This document shows, in pieces, positions 11,613 through 24,770 of a stretch of DNA of 64,000 nucleotides. Every line of letters begins with the position of its first letter. The first letter of the stretch is position 1. The DNA lies in the NCBI RefSeq assembly GCF_018350175.1, contig NC_058368.1, positions 79,176,001-79,240,000 on the forward strand, read 5' to 3'. The position numbers and the translations under genes are program-made. The notes under the pieces were generated by a model, which saw only the letters and a list, made by a program, of their open reading frames with translations, was not told the DNA's origin and made no database searches. The stretch is from Felis catus (Eukaryota).

Positions 11613-12336
11613 GACATCAGTACCTCCTTCTTAATGTTGCTGTGCCTCGAACGTGGTAAGTACGAACTGACATTAACTGCCATCATTACTAATTATCCTT
11701 AATGGCTCCCTACCACTCAGATGACAGGATAGTGAAAGGGCAGCACGTTAGACAAGTAGTTACAAACGGTGATCCTGGACTTTTTATCTGTAAGATTTTA
11801 GCATTGTCTTGACCTACGGTATTAAGTAATACCATCATTTATTCATTCTGCAAACAGTGGGTGTTTAGGATGAGAAGGGTTGACTGTACTGATGGATCTT
11901 GGTCCTATTTTCTCTTGTGTTATTACTTTGCTACCAGGAAAACATCCCGGATGCTCCTAGAGACAGGAAACAGACCTGTCAGTCAGACGAGGCAGGACTA
12001 GCGAGGGTGGGCTATCAAACAGAGAAAGCAGACCGATACCGCAGAGGGCTGTGTTCCCCAGGTTCACTAATGCGGTGACGACTGGTCCCCAACCACATCA
12101 GAAGGGATGCAGCCCTGATCTTTGCAAAGGATGTAATTTATGAAACGTGTGATGAAAGGTTTTCAAAGCTTCGTTCTGTTGCCGTGACCAGGGTGGATGG
12201 GATGGGCACCGAGGGGGTGACGAGTGAGGGATGGCTTCACAAACCAGGGGTGAAGGCTGGAGAAAGGATCGCATGAGTGGAGGAAAGAGCAGGGCTTAGA
12301 GAACCCCAGGAAGGAATGAGCTGGCCCCTCCTATGA

Positions 12337-12845
12337 AGGCTGCTAGGTAAAATAGAGGACAGCCACATAAGTGTGAGTTTCATATGCACAACCAATGAGT
12401 TTTTAGTGTAAGCATGTGGGGTACTTACACCGTGCGATTAGCTCTGTGTCCCTGGAGAACCCTGACGTGTTACCATCAACCCTGAGAGCTTGAGAGAGAT
12501 GGTGATCCTGCGGGGTGGGCGTGTCCCACAGCTGCTGATGTTCCAACTTGAGTCCAAATGCCGCCTGCTGGCAGAATTCCTTCCTCCTCTGGAGAGGTTA
12601 GGCTTTTTTTCCTGTTAGGGCCTTCTACTGATTAGACGAGGCCCACCCACCTCGTGGAAGGTAATCTGCTTTCCTCAAAGTCTACTAATTCAAATGCTAA
12701 TCTCATCTAAAAAGTACCTTTCTAGACACATCTAGAACAATCCTTGACCAAAGATCTGGGCAGTGTAGCACAGCTAAATTGGGCACGAAATAATTATCAT
12801 GATACGAAAGACAACCAACTGAACACTGTATTTGAAAATCTAGCG
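12337..12845 (+). mobile_element. MER53-like hAT MITE split by an MLT2 LTR
   Basis: ggctgctaggtaaaatagaggacagccacataagtgtgagtttcatatgcacaacc...tttttagtgtaagcatgt. The remainder resumes after ~12801. Confidence 0.55.
12433..12801 (-). mobile_element. MLT2 (ERV-L) LTR
   Basis: ggccttctactgattagacgaggcccacccac...ggtaatctgctttcctcaaagtctactaattcaaatgctaatctcatctaaaaa is antisense MLT2 5' sequence. Confidence 0.85.
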
Positions 12846-13016
12846 GATTTGAAGCAATTGACGACACATTCATGGGAATCTAATCCCAGAAGTGTTGAGT
12901 CATAAAGCAAAACAGTGAACACATACATCGCAACTATCAAAAGGGTTCTGGGCATCTGTCTGAAGAAATCTTTCTTTAACAGTTGGTCACCTAGAGATGT
13001 TCTGTTTTGTTTTGCC

Positions 13017-13151
13017 CTTTTTCTTCTTCTCCTTCTTCTTCTTTTCCTTCTCCTTCCTTCCTTCCTTCCTTCCTTCCTTCCTTCCTTCCTCCCTTTCTCC
13101 TTCTTCCTTCTACCTTCATCCTTCCTCCTTCTTCCTTCTCTTCCATCTTCT
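13017..13151. repeat. Polypyrimidine (TTCC/TTC)n tract
   Basis: Direct read. Confidence 0.95.
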
Positions 13152-14124
13152 TTTACAACACTGATTCTCAGATGAAAGGAAGCACAGGTTACTATTTCTT
13201 TTATCTCCTGCTCACAACGGAACGGCTGTGAGGGAAAAGTAGTGAGTTTGAAAGGGCTGGCGCTCTGGAGCCTTCTGAAATCTGAAGTCTCTCTGGATTG
13301 CTACAGACAACAAGTCACCATAGCCAACTCTTACTCGTTTGGCCGCAGAGGCACTTGGTTGGCCTTCCCTCCAAAGGCTAAATTGAGCTCAGCCAGCCCT
13401 CCTGTGTGAAGGTGAGAGCCCACACAGATAGCCTTAGTCCAGGTTGACTTTGACAACTGTATCCCTCCAAGAGACTTCATGGTGAAGGCATCTAAATATT
13501 ATTATTTTGATGATTTAGAATCTGCAGAAACCCTCCATGTGAAGACAGAAGCTTTCTGTGGATTAAATGTCGCTTGTGGACGGGGCTGGGTGAGCTCAGG
13601 GCCAGCCAAGAATTCCCCGTGTTCGCTTTCCGGCAGCCTCCTCTCCGGTCCTCTGCCCGTGCCCACGAGGCTCACAGCTCCTACAAGGTGTCCTCGGAAT
13701 CCATTCTGGAGAAAACAGTCAGGACTCAAAAGCAAAGCCCTTTCCCCTAAACTCTGTCCTCGATGAGAAACGAGAAGGTTGAACGGTTGGAGAGCATCTG
13801 ACACACTCCAGGCTTTGTTTTCTTTGCCTTCTTTGGAGATTGAGAAGAACTTCGTCCTTAGCTTCCAGAGAGAGACAACGGGGCCATAGTTCCCTGATCT
13901 TTCCCAGCAAGATGGTAATGGGACTGTCTGAACTCCGCCCAGAGCTGTGGCTCCTGTGGGGCAAAGTCTGTTTCCTCCCAAATAACCCAGCTGAGGAAAT
14001 GTCCCCAGTCAGTTCTCCACTCCTGTCTTACGTTATCAGAAAGACTTCATACAGATGACCCTCCCCTGTGTTCTCACCTATTTCCAGGCACACAGAAGAG
14101 TAACGGTGACCCTGATAGGAAGTG

Positions 14125-14260
14125 TTTTATTCTGACTTATCAAGCATTCACCATGGACCAGAGACTGCTTGAGCAATTTCCATGCGTTAACTTAATCTAA
14201 TCTTAACCACGACCCTAGGAGGTAGGCTCTCCAGATGGCATCTGGCTTCAGAGCTCACTC
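14125..14260 (-). mobile_element. MIR fragment
   Basis: ttatcaagcattcaccatggaccagagactg...ttaatctaatcttaaccacgaccctaggaggtagg. Confidence 0.65.
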
Positions 14261-16338
14261 TGTTTCCCATGAGAAAGCATTGTTTGGGACATGTCAGAAT
14301 AATAACAACTGACACACACCACAAAACGTCCTAGGAAGCCTTAAAAAGTGTTTCCAGAGAACTCCTCTCGTTTCCCCTTCGTCACCGCCTGTGAGATGAG
14401 ACGTCCTTTCTCCTCCCGTCCGCACTATCTATCTCCAGCGTCGGGATGAGGGAGAGCAGCCGGGGAGAGGTGGAGGGCCAGCTTGGCCTCGCCCGTGTTT
14501 GCAGGGGTGATGTCTGGCTGCTACTGGGTGCTCTGGCCGCCGGGGCAAGTTCCGCAGCCTGCATCACCCAACACGGTGTCAGAATCCGGTCCCCTGCTTG
14601 GCGTCTTCCCAAACTCAAGCAAGCCAAACAGAAACTCATGATCTCCCCTCCACCACCCACCCCTCTCAACTCTTCCCACCTTGCCGGTGGTGCCCCCCTG
14701 CGTTCTGGTCTCCCGGTTTCAACACCTAGCAGTCATCTTTGGTCATTTCTCTCTCGCTGTCCCATCGAAGGCAGGCTCCAGCCGTGTCCTTTGGAAGGCA
14801 ACGTGCAATGGGGAAACAGCGCGAATCTGGCCAGGCCACACTGCGCTTTGACCTGCGGGCACCGTGACGGGAAGAGCAAGGATGTCCAGATGTGATGGTT
14901 TTATAATCTCATGGAGATGAAACCAGGACGTAGATCATTAGGAAGGAGTCAAGGTAAGCGATGACAGGGGCACAAGAGAGGGAACGTAACTCAGATCCTT
15001 GCTGACCCGGTGAGGGCTCTCCGAGCAGCACACGCTCACCTCCAAGTGGCTGAGACAGAAGGAGGCAGCCTGGGAGCCGGAACCGGCCAGACTCAGAACC
15101 GACAGAACGAGGGGCGGACTCCGTGCACGGAGCGCAAGACGGGGGAGAGAGCCACGAGTGGTCGCTTTCGGCTGAGTTTCGGGGGGGGTGAAGAAGGAGG
15201 TCAGCAGAAGTAGGTCATAAAGTTACAATTTCTTAAAATTCCATTCTTCCGCCTCTCTGGCCACTCCGGGATCACGCTGGTCCGGGCACTTACCTACCAC
15301 CTGCTGCCTGCAGGAACTCCTCTGCCTCTGGACCACCGCCACCGGACCTGAGGGCCTCCCCGCGCAGAGCGCGGCCCGTGACCTTGCGACCCCCTGCTCC
15401 CGGGGTGCTCCTGACGTGCTACGAGCTCACGGAGGCCACTGTAGGCACTGAGCCCACTCCTCCTTCTCTCCCCTTTCCAGAACTGCCCTACTGACTTGAA
15501 AGTCACATCTTCCCCCAGGGGGGTGAGGGGGCCTCTCATGTCACCTGGCTAGAAACCACAGACTATGCCTTCAGTTCTCTTGTCCGTGTCTGGCCTTTGA
15601 CTCACTCCTGGGCCCTTTGCACCATGTCAATACACCCGTCTTTTTCATTAAGACAAAAGAATCCTCCCAAGGCTGCCTTGGCTCCTCGGTCGCCCAGCTC
15701 TTTCTTTGTGACCCTCGCGCCGTGAGCATGTACTGTCCCGGGGCCCACCCTTCAGTCGGCCAGGCAGGCCTCCTGCCCACAATAGAGCAGGGCTCCCTAA
15801 GGTGAGGGCCTCACTGTGGGCGGAGCTGGGCTGACAAGAGCAGAAACCCGAGTAAGCGAATCGCCACATAGACGCAATGATTTCCACGTAACGGGAAGCC
15901 CAGGGCCCAGACAGTCCATCACCATGCGAAGCGAACTTAGCGTGTCACTTTCGTCTTCTGACGGTTGCAAGATCCTTCGTTGCTCCTCTGGCGGCCACTG
16001 GCCTGGCTTCCAGGTAGGAAGGAGGGGGGGAGCCAGGGGCCAAGGTCAAGTGTGACCCTTAAAATCCACAGAAAAGTTCAGAGGCCAGGGAGACCCTGCA
16101 ACCCGGCCTCATGGAATGGCCCCCACCGTGGTCAGGGGAGACGACGTCCAGCCACGCCAAAGTGGCCTCTCTTGGTTTCTGCTACTCCCACCATCTCCAC
16201 TCTTCCCAAGGGAGGGCCCTCCAGTGCCATCCACCTGGGAAGCCCAGGAAGCCAGCGACCTTCTCTTCTTCAGATATGTTCTGGTAACTTCTAGGACAGG
16301 ATGCTCCTCTGGGATTCCTTGGACTTCCCGGCCAGTCC

Positions 16339-16513
16339 TCCTCTGTCCCCTCCACGTGCTCCCCCTCCGCTCACTCAGCACCGTGCTCCCATTCGGTGCT
16401 CCCATTCGGCCCTGCAAGGCTGGTGCTCCTCCGTCTCATCCGCATGCTCCCCTTCCGTTCACTCAGCCCCGTGCTCCCATCCGGTGCTCCCATCTGGCCC
16501 TGCAGGGCTGATG
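16339..16513. repeat. 88-bp tandem duplication (2 diverged copies)
   Basis: Copies start at 16339 and 16427. Both contain tcactcagc.ccgtgctcccat.cggtgctcccat..ggccctgca.ggctg.tg. Confidence 0.9.
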
Positions 16514-16988
16514 GCAGAGTTCCTGCAGCGGCACCCTGGAGGGGGTAGCTTCACCGGGGACAGGAAAGGTCGCTTACACAGATATGCAGGCTCACAGGTG
16601 CCAGGGGCCAAGACGTCTTGTCTCCGTGGCCTCCCCTCCATGGTTTCCGGAGGACTCTTGCTGCTGCAGGCACAGTGAACAATGTCTAAACCCTCCCTAT
16701 GTGTCTTCATTCTTCCCACTTGGTCCTCCCCGGTCCCCCAAACGGGGTCACTGAGCCACCTTTTGAGGCCTCACACCGGTGAAGCTGTGAGCTAGCCACA
16801 CAAGGGTGCTCACTGCTCTGGCCACATCACTCCAGCCCTACAGTCACGTGACCACTTAGTGCGGGTGACCGGCCTCACACACAAGCCTGATTATGTCATC
16901 CCGGGACGTGAACACCTTTCCTGTACATAGGGGCAGGGCTATATCCTAACATGGCTTCCCTGACCCACCTTCTTCTCCCAAATCTTCT

Positions 16989-17150
16989 CCCATAATCCCC
17001 TGGGGGGACTCCTCCATCCCACCCCAGTCCCACAATCCCCTGGGGTGACTCTTCCACCCCCACCCCAGTCCCACAATCCCCTGGGGCGACTCCTCCACCC
17101 CCACCCCAGTCCCACCAATCCTCTGGGGTGACTCCCTCACCCCCACCCCC
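16989..17150. repeat. ~40-bp C-rich minisatellite, 4 copies
   Basis: Unit cccacaatcccctggggtgactcctccacccccaccccagt. Confidence 0.92.
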
Positions 17151-17455
17151 ATTTGTCAGCTTTCCCCTTTCTGGATTACATGTTTCTTCTAAAGCACCAT
17201 GTCCCATCCATAAAGAGAACACTGTTTATCTTTCTTCCTGGTGCACTGTACCCAATCTGTGGCTTTTAGGTGGAGCTCGATCCTGGCAGGTGTCTGTCCC
17301 TCTCTGAGCCCTGCCCCCTCCCTGCCCCACCATCAGGGTGTGTTTCTGTACAAGAACCCTACTAGGCACTCCCAGGGTGGCTGTCCCCTGTCCAACAGCA
17401 TAGTGTCAGAGCCTGTATAGTGCAGGGGGAAGTCCTGGTGTTCCAACTGCTAACT

Positions 17456-17857
17456 CCCATATTTCGTAAACAAAAGATGCACATTTTTCACAGGTTAATA
17501 TCCCTAAAATCAGTCTTGCAATCCCGTTCATATTGGCATTTACTCAATGGCATTTTATATTGTTAATAAGCCACACCTTTTTTTTAATGTTTATTTGTGA
17601 GAGAGAAAGAGAAACAGAGCGTGAGCAGGTGAGGATCAGAGAGAGAGAGACAGACAGACAGAATCCGAAGCAGGTTCCACCCTCAGAGCTGTCAGCACCG
17701 AGCCCGACGTGGGGCTCAACCCACAAACCAAGAGATCTGAAGTCAGAAGCTTAAGGGACTGAGCCATCCAGGCGCCCCAGCCCCAACTTTTTTTTACAGC
17801 ACATAAAATCATGGTATTATCTCGCACTTGATAATATCTCAGATTTGATGAACAGCA
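17456..17857 (+). mobile_element. MER104-like Tc2 MITE split by a SINE
   Basis: ccatatttcg...aagatgcacatttttcaca at the left end and cataaaatcatggt...tctcagatttgatgaa at the right end (inverted termini). Confidence 0.7.
17578..17778 (-). mobile_element. Can-SINE
   Basis: Antisense body ending gactgagccatccaggcgcccc. Confidence 0.95.
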
Positions 17858-18000
17858 TCATGCGACCTTGGGCAAATTACTTAACCTTGCACCGCCCAAG
17901 CTTTCATCTGTGCAGTGTGGTGATACCCAAAGCTTTGGCACTTGTGATAAATCAGGAAAGATGATCACACAAAGCACTGGAAACAGGGATGTCTGGCATT
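17858..18000 (+). mobile_element. MIR fragment
   Basis: MIR core gcgaccttgggcaaattacttaacct. Confidence 0.7.
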
Positions 18001-20779
18001 GATCAGTATTCCTAGCCATCCCGCAAGAACCGCATCTGTTGTTCCCTTTGTCCCTAGTGCTCAGCATAATACCTGGCCTGGCCTGGCGCTTATCATGTCT
18101 TTGTTCGTGTGGAATAGGTGAGGGAGAAAATAGGCACAGCGTGCTCATCCCTACCTCGCTGACTTATTTTTATTCCTGATCTTTTCAACAAAAGCGATTC
18201 TTTGCGTCTGTATTCCTCTTCTTTCCAACACAAAGTTTCCCTGTGGTAGACTTAGAAAAAGCCCACTATCTAAAATTCCACCTATTCAACCAGCACACAT
18301 TTATTTTGATATGTAGAAACCATAAAATTCAAAATAAATGTTCAGATGCTTCAGAAAATACTTTCAAAACTATACGACGTAAGATATTTTACCCTTGCCC
18401 CTCCAGTTCCACCCTCCAGAAGAAAATCATTATGCTCAGGGTGGATCTTTCCAGATTTCTTTTTCGGTGCAAATAGTATGAGCCGAATAAAAGAGTGGTT
18501 GTTTGAGAGATGATTGTGACTGTTGCTTGAAATGAAGTGAACGATTTCACACACAAAAAGGGCTAAATCCTGTCTGATCAGTGGTTGCTCGGTCTCACAC
18601 CCCCAAGTCCCTGTCCTGACTTCTCCCCTCTTGGCTTCCCATTTTAACCTCATCCCTCCCATGACCCTCTCCCTGCTCACATGCACACCCGGGCAAGTGT
18701 CTTGCCTGCCTCTCTGCCACCTTTGTCTCTCTCGGCAGTCTCTTCTCATTAATTATGAAATCTGGGGCATTTGGGGGCTGTAGAGTGGACTTCTTTCAAT
18801 GGTGACAACTCTGGGTGAAGCTGGTCTTGAAGGGAAACTTGTTCGAGATGTTTTCGAGAGTGCGGAAGAAGGGCCACTGAGTCAAAAGGGCACTTCTTTT
18901 TTTCATCTTTCCTTTTTTCATTTTCCTTTTTTCATCTTTCAGCTTCAATCCGTGCCATCTTCTCCCTTCTGCCTGGGGTCAACACAGGGCAGGCTCTTGT
19001 TATGGGGTTCTATGTTGTCAACTTCTCCCATGGCCCTCTGAGGATAGGAATCAACATTCAGATGCCGGCAACTTTGACCCAGCAAACTTACTGGCAGAAA
19101 TTGATCTGATAAAATAGAGACAGATGCGCAGATACACGTAGAGAATGTTCAGAGCATTGCTTTTTGAGAACAGGTGTCAGAAACCAATGACCATTAATAG
19201 GGGAATTATTAAATACGTCATGGCACATACATGCAACATGTGTTTGTTACAAAGGACGAAACCATATAATGCAACCTACAATGCAACACAAATATGCAAA
19301 CACGGAGAAACTTCTGGGAATAAATATCTAAATATCAGCGGTGGTTTTCCCTAAAGGATTACTAGAGATTTTCTCTTCTTTGTCACTTATAGTATTATCT
19401 GTTTTTCCCCCGGTGGTCATGTTATCATATATGTAATGAAATAAGCTCTTTTCACCTTGGAAAACTCAGGGTCTACCTTTCACCGTGCCTCCCCTGTCCT
19501 GACGTTATTGCCCAGTTCTGTGTGGTCTGGAGAGATGGCGTTAGCCCCAGGTCCCAGAGCCCTCACCCTACTATTGACTATTGGTTTGTCCTAAAAGAAG
19601 GTAACAGTGTCATCACTTGAAAAAGAAGGAGGGGAGAGAAGAAGAAAGAGTGGGTGAGCAAAGAGAGGGACCCTATCTGCCGGGGAGGTTCAGCCTGGAT
19701 TGTCTCTTAAATTGAATGTGAATTGTGAATATATGTCACCAACAACACCTGTCTAAATTCACGTCGCAGCACATGATGAAATAGTCCATATGCTAACTCT
19801 AGGAAGCAAGTGCCAAAGATCTCTCGGTTTCCCTGTGATGACAGGTGATAGCAGGATGGCTCCCTTGCCCCGCCCCTTAAGACCTGGCTCGTTCCGAATA
19901 CATCTTGGGCTCGTATGTCATTGCGGTTTCAATGAGCACGGCTGCGTGTGTTTCTCTTTCCTATCGAAGTGGAAGGGGGTGAGCATTTTCATACGGCTTG
20001 TCAAATCTCTTCTGGATCGGCGTCTGGATTTGCGTAGTTTCTGAGGTTGTGCCGCAGAGAAAAACCAACTAGAACAGCCTTGTAGAGTCTAACATGCAGG
20101 ATTGGTTCTCAGATTGTGCCCGTTTCTGCCTCACACAGTTGAAAGGCCCCCGAGGGCCCCCGAGGGCCCCCGTGTCCCAGGGAAAAGTTGTTGTGCTCCC
20201 AGAGCTGTGACAGCCCAAAGAGAAAGGCCACTTCCTTGCTGCGTTCCAACGTGTCACAACCAGGACTCCACTCCCAGAGCAAGGCTGTGTTTCTAATAAA
20301 AGCCAGAAAGCCTAATATCTCAAGCTATTTTCAACCCTGCCGCTCCGTCACATTCGGCTGTCTGTTTATTTTTGTTAGAAAGACAGACTTGTTCGTCTGC
20401 CAGGGGACTGACTCTCTAACACCCTCTGCCACCAACATCTGCACAGAATAGAATGCCTTGGAGGGTCGGATGAGAAAAGAACTCCCTCCCAAGGGGGCGA
20501 GAAAGATAGTGTTTCTGTTTGAAGCCACAGAGTATGTAAGAGAAAGTGTCGAGGGAGCCACACCAAGGAGCCATGGTGATGGGCCACGCTTCAGGCTAAG
20601 AGGGATCCGAGGCCAGCTCACAAAGGTGAAGGGGACACACGTGACGTTCAGCTCCTGTGCGGGCCGTATGGGCCATGCAGATGTAACGTCGTTCTGCCAC
20701 CATTCAATACTCTCCCTGTGTGTGAGAGCCTGAAAATGCCCTTTTAAATGTTGTTCACTTACCGTTTGTCTCTTCTTAT

Positions 20780-21260
20780 TGTAAACTCCGGGAAACAGAA
20801 GGGATGTCTAATATATTCAGCAGTATATACCCTGTGTTTGTTGCACAGCAGATACTAAGCCAATAGCTGAAGGAAGGAGGAGAGGGTGGAGAGGGAGGAG
20901 AAGGGGAAGGAGGGCGGGAAGGAGGGAGGGAGGAGAGAAGGAGGGAGGAATTAGCACCCTTACCCAATGACACTTCCCACACCTCCCACACTAGACTGGC
21001 TGCTGTTTGAAAGATCCTGCCATTCTGTGCGGCACCTGCAGCCCGCCGGCAGAGAGCAAAGTCATCAATAAAACGTCTGCTCAATTGAGTACGTTTTTTA
21101 GTGCTCATTGGATTAACAATGGATTGAAATTGATATTATAGTAAAAAAAAAAAAAAAAAAAAAAAAAAGAACGCCAGGGTAGACATGCTCATAAATAAAT
21201 CCCTTCAATGAATTGATTTTGTGAAAGGGAAGTTTTCAAATCCATTCTGATGGCTAGTTA
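20780..21260. promoter_or_regulatory. Candidate enhancer or cryptic promoter block
   Basis: CCAAT, a purine tract with a GC box, a 9-bp-period CACAC array (20968-20994), caataaaa (21066-21073) and aacaat (21115-21120). Repeat-free apart from an A26 run. Confidence 0.35.
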
Positions 21261-21654
21261 TTTTTGTCACTCAATAGTCTAAACTCCAGGCACATTTCGG
21301 AGGTGGAGGCAAGGGACCGGCAGCATTGCAAGAGGCACCCAGCTTCCTGCGGGAGGCAGGCAGCCTTTCTGTTCCAAGCGGATACACTGGAGGCGGCTCG
21401 GTCGTGGGGCAACTTGCCAGGCCAGCTCCCGGGGTTCAGCAAAGATGATTCCACTACTCAGAGGTTTTGTGAGATTGAGATTAGTGGGGGGTCAGAGATG
21501 CCGTGGCCTGTTCAGGAACAGCCGCCCAGGGTGCCAAGCACGTGTGACAGTGCCCTGGGAGGAGGAACAGGGCAAATCAGCATGGCAGTCTATCTTTCCC
21601 GCGACGTCAGATTTGACTACTCAGTTCTGTCTCTAGGCTGCTTACTATTGAAAA

Positions 21655-21795
21655 CGCTATGGGTTTGAATCCCAGGTTCGGCCGTTAGGTGAGGGATTTG
21701 GATGAACGGACGGACGTTTCTCAGTTTCCTAATTTGTAGAATGGGAATAAATAATGTCTGTCTTGACAGTAGTTATTGCAATGATTATATAAGCA
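21655..21795 (+). mobile_element. MIR fragment
   Basis: gggtttgaatcccagg...tctcagtttcctaatttgtagaatgggaataa. Confidence 0.75.
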
Positions 21796-22249
21796 TAAAT
21801 GACTATGTGATGTATTGCTACCGGTAAAAATAACTGTGATTGTGTGTAAATATCTTGCTAAGCACTTAAGTGCTAACTGCGTTTAAGCCTTACAACGCCC
21901 GGTAAGGAAGTGAGTAGTAGTTGTGGTCAAATTACCACTTAACATATGGAAACATGGACAGACCTGGAAGACAATGTGCATCAGAGACAAGTTCCTTCAG
22001 GTGATTGCAATAGGGGGGACCTTCACTGATGACTAATACCTCGGAGAAAAGGGAGGGGCCTGGGGTTTCATAGGGGCCAGTCTACGAGGGCAAGTGGACC
22101 ACAGAGTCGCCCACGGGTCTGTAGAAGGAAGGAGAAGGTCTTCTCTGGTCATTGTGGAAGTGTGAAGCTGAGTCTTATCCCAGACCAGTAAGAATGGGTG
22201 GTCATTTGCAGTTAGTGGTTTTCCAGAACAAAAAAAGATGGGAATAGGG

Positions 22250-22375
22250 TTTTTGTTTTTTTGTTTTTTTGTTTTTTTTGTTTTTAATGTTTATTTATTT
22301 ACTTTGACAGGCAGAGGGCAAGAGCGTGGGCCTGTGGGAGGGAGAGAGAAAGGGAGAGAGAGAATCCCAAGCAGG
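22250..22375 (-). mobile_element. 5'-truncated Can-SINE (tail and CT region only)
   Basis: T-tail, tttatttattt and gagagagaatcccaagcagg, then an abrupt end. Confidence 0.8.
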
Positions 22376-23225
22376 GGGTAATTTTTAACCGTCACTGGTG
22401 ACCAGGAACACGGGGCTGAGAAGGAATTCTGCACTGTCACAGGCTCAGAAAAGGGGTTCAGCATCTGAGAAGTCTTTGTAACAGGAAGCACCCTGTTCTG
22501 ACGATGACAATAGAAAGCTACTCGGTTGATACAGGTCTGTTCGCTTTCTTTCCTCTGCAGCTTTGAAATCAGGCCCAAGCGTCACATAGAGTCCTAAGTC
22601 TTGCAAGATTTCTGAAGGTAAGGGATAACATATTGGATATTGGTGGTTTTTTAAGATTAAGATAATTGTGCTGTTAAACTCAAAAAAGTAGGCTAGGAAA
22701 AGAGAGGTGAAATATATAGGAAAGGCAGCATGAAGGACATCTTCACAACAAGCTACCGGCATCTGCCTGTCATTCCGTGCACTGACTGGCGCCCGTGGGA
22801 CGCATGAAAGCTTGTTTGAGGTTCGTCTCCAGGAACGCAACCAACGAATGAGGCTAAGACTGTCAGTTGGGAGTGAAATCATAAACCCACTGAATGGTTC
22901 AGAGCAGCATCAGTGCAAGGTTACTCTAAGAAAATGGAAGAGCTCACAGGCTAACTTTACATTTAACTGACTTCATGGAAAGAAGTCGATTATCTGGAGA
23001 AAGAATGTGTCTTTTCAAAAAGGGAGAGAACGCAGGAATGGTTGAAGAAAAGTAGGAAAGCAGAGTGGCCCTGTGTGACTGGCCTGGCCCCATCTGGGGA
23101 ACGAGTTCGTTTCCTGTGTGGGAAGCCTGTCCCTTTCGACATCTGGAGTGGTCTAGCAGAGGCTTCTTTTCCAATTAAGTGCTCGCTACACAAGTTTAAG
23201 ATTACCCAGTAGAAGTCCTACTACC

Positions 23226-23447
23226 TGTGGCTCCTGGGTGGCTCAGCGGGTTGAGCGTCCGACTTCGACTCAGGTCATGATCTCACGGTTTGTGGGTTCG
23301 AGCCCCGCATCGGGCTCTGTGCTGACAGCTCAGAGCCTGGAGCCTGCTTCGGATTCTGTGTCTCCCTCTTTCTCTGCCCCTCCCCTGCCTCTCCCCCCCC
23401 ACCCCCATCTCTTTCTCAAAAATAAATAAACATTAAAAAAGAGAAAA
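23226..23447 (+). mobile_element. Can-SINE
   Basis: Full body. TSD agaa(g/a)tcctactacc at 23211-23225 and 23448-23462. Confidence 0.97.
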
Positions 23448-24770
23448 AGAAATCCTACTACCCTCCGTGATTGAGACTGGCTGCTGGTTAATAGGAAAAA
23501 AAAGAAAAGATTAATGCACAGAAATACACAAATGAACCATACACATCTTAAATATTTTGGTTGAATGTCTTAAAATATATAAATACCCATTCACCCATGT
23601 TGATGTTCTTGCTAATGCTTCTGCTAATCAGACTTGCCATGGTATTTCTTGCATTAATACACGCAGAGGATAAATAATGGATTGTCTCCTCCGGTTTGTA
23701 TTTCCTGATGTCAGAGCAAGAACTTATTAACCCCTATGCAGCAGTTAAATTCAGATAACTTAGCTCTTGAGTTTTTGCCTTGAAATTTACAGCTACCTCA
23801 TCTACACCCGTTCGGAAAAGTGATTCCAAAACAAAGTAAAACACAAAGTTGCTTTTATCGAATTCTTCCAGGTAACTTTCGATTTTCATAGACGTGATGA
23901 TCTAGTTACGCTTCTGTTTCACTGTATTAAATCTCACAATAACCCATTAAACTCCACAGTTGAAATTGCCGGGAAAGCAGTCTGATGGTGAGGGGTGGAC
24001 ACCTGATTTCCCGAAGTCACGCCCGCCGGCCGGGGGACCAGGAAGCGCTGGGCGTGCGCACTGGCCAGAAGACCAGCTCAGAGGCGATCACGGCGGGGTC
24101 AGGCCGCAGGTCTAAGAAGGAGGAGGATCTATTAGTGGAAGTTGCTGACAAGGGTGTCTCCTGTGACTGCAAGGGGGCACACGGGATGCGGTGACCTGGG
24201 TGCGGCTTCTGGGCCTCCAGGCCGGACAATAAATAGGCTTCTTGCTGTGCCTCGTTGTCTTTGCTGGGCCTGCTCTCCTTTAGACACTTTTCCAGTCCGT
24301 CCATTAGTTATCCATAAAATAGACAATTAACTCACCATGTGCCAAAATCCGACAAAGGGAGCACTTTTCATTTCCCTCAGTCTCCCCACCAGCAAGGGCC
24401 CCCGTCCGCCCACAAAGCATGGCTGTCAGTTTTGTGAGTGTGTGTGTCACCAGACTCCCTCTTCGGGCCCCCGGCAAGCAGCAGCCAGTGCCCGGACTGG
24501 AACGAATCCGCTGCGGTAAATGCACCACTGTGACACCACATGGGGGGCCGTGGCGCCCAGTTAGGCACACCCCAAAACTCTACCACGCCTACTTACTTTA
24601 TCCTTTGCAGGTATAATAGTTAGACAGCAGTGCTTTAACATTAAACTATATTTACTGTTCTATTTAGAATCTTGTTGTAAACCACCCTTAACCCTTCAGT
24701 TATAATGATTTGAAGGAGTCTGTTAGGGCCATATTCTGCCCCCCAAAACAACCTGGGCTGACGTCACTCA

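Noticed and set aside
20776..21108. Minus-strand ORF MSTKKRTQ... with a gtaag donor near 20958-20963
   Set aside because: No recognisable homologue and no downstream exon identified. It cannot be supported without transcript data.
21143..21168. A26 run as a retrocopy tail
   Set aside because: No TSD and no recognisable upstream mRNA or SINE body. Treated as a simple mononucleotide run.
21975..22483. Possible antisense LTR surrounding the truncated SINE
   Set aside because: TG...CA ends are possible, but no TSD or confident family match could be established.
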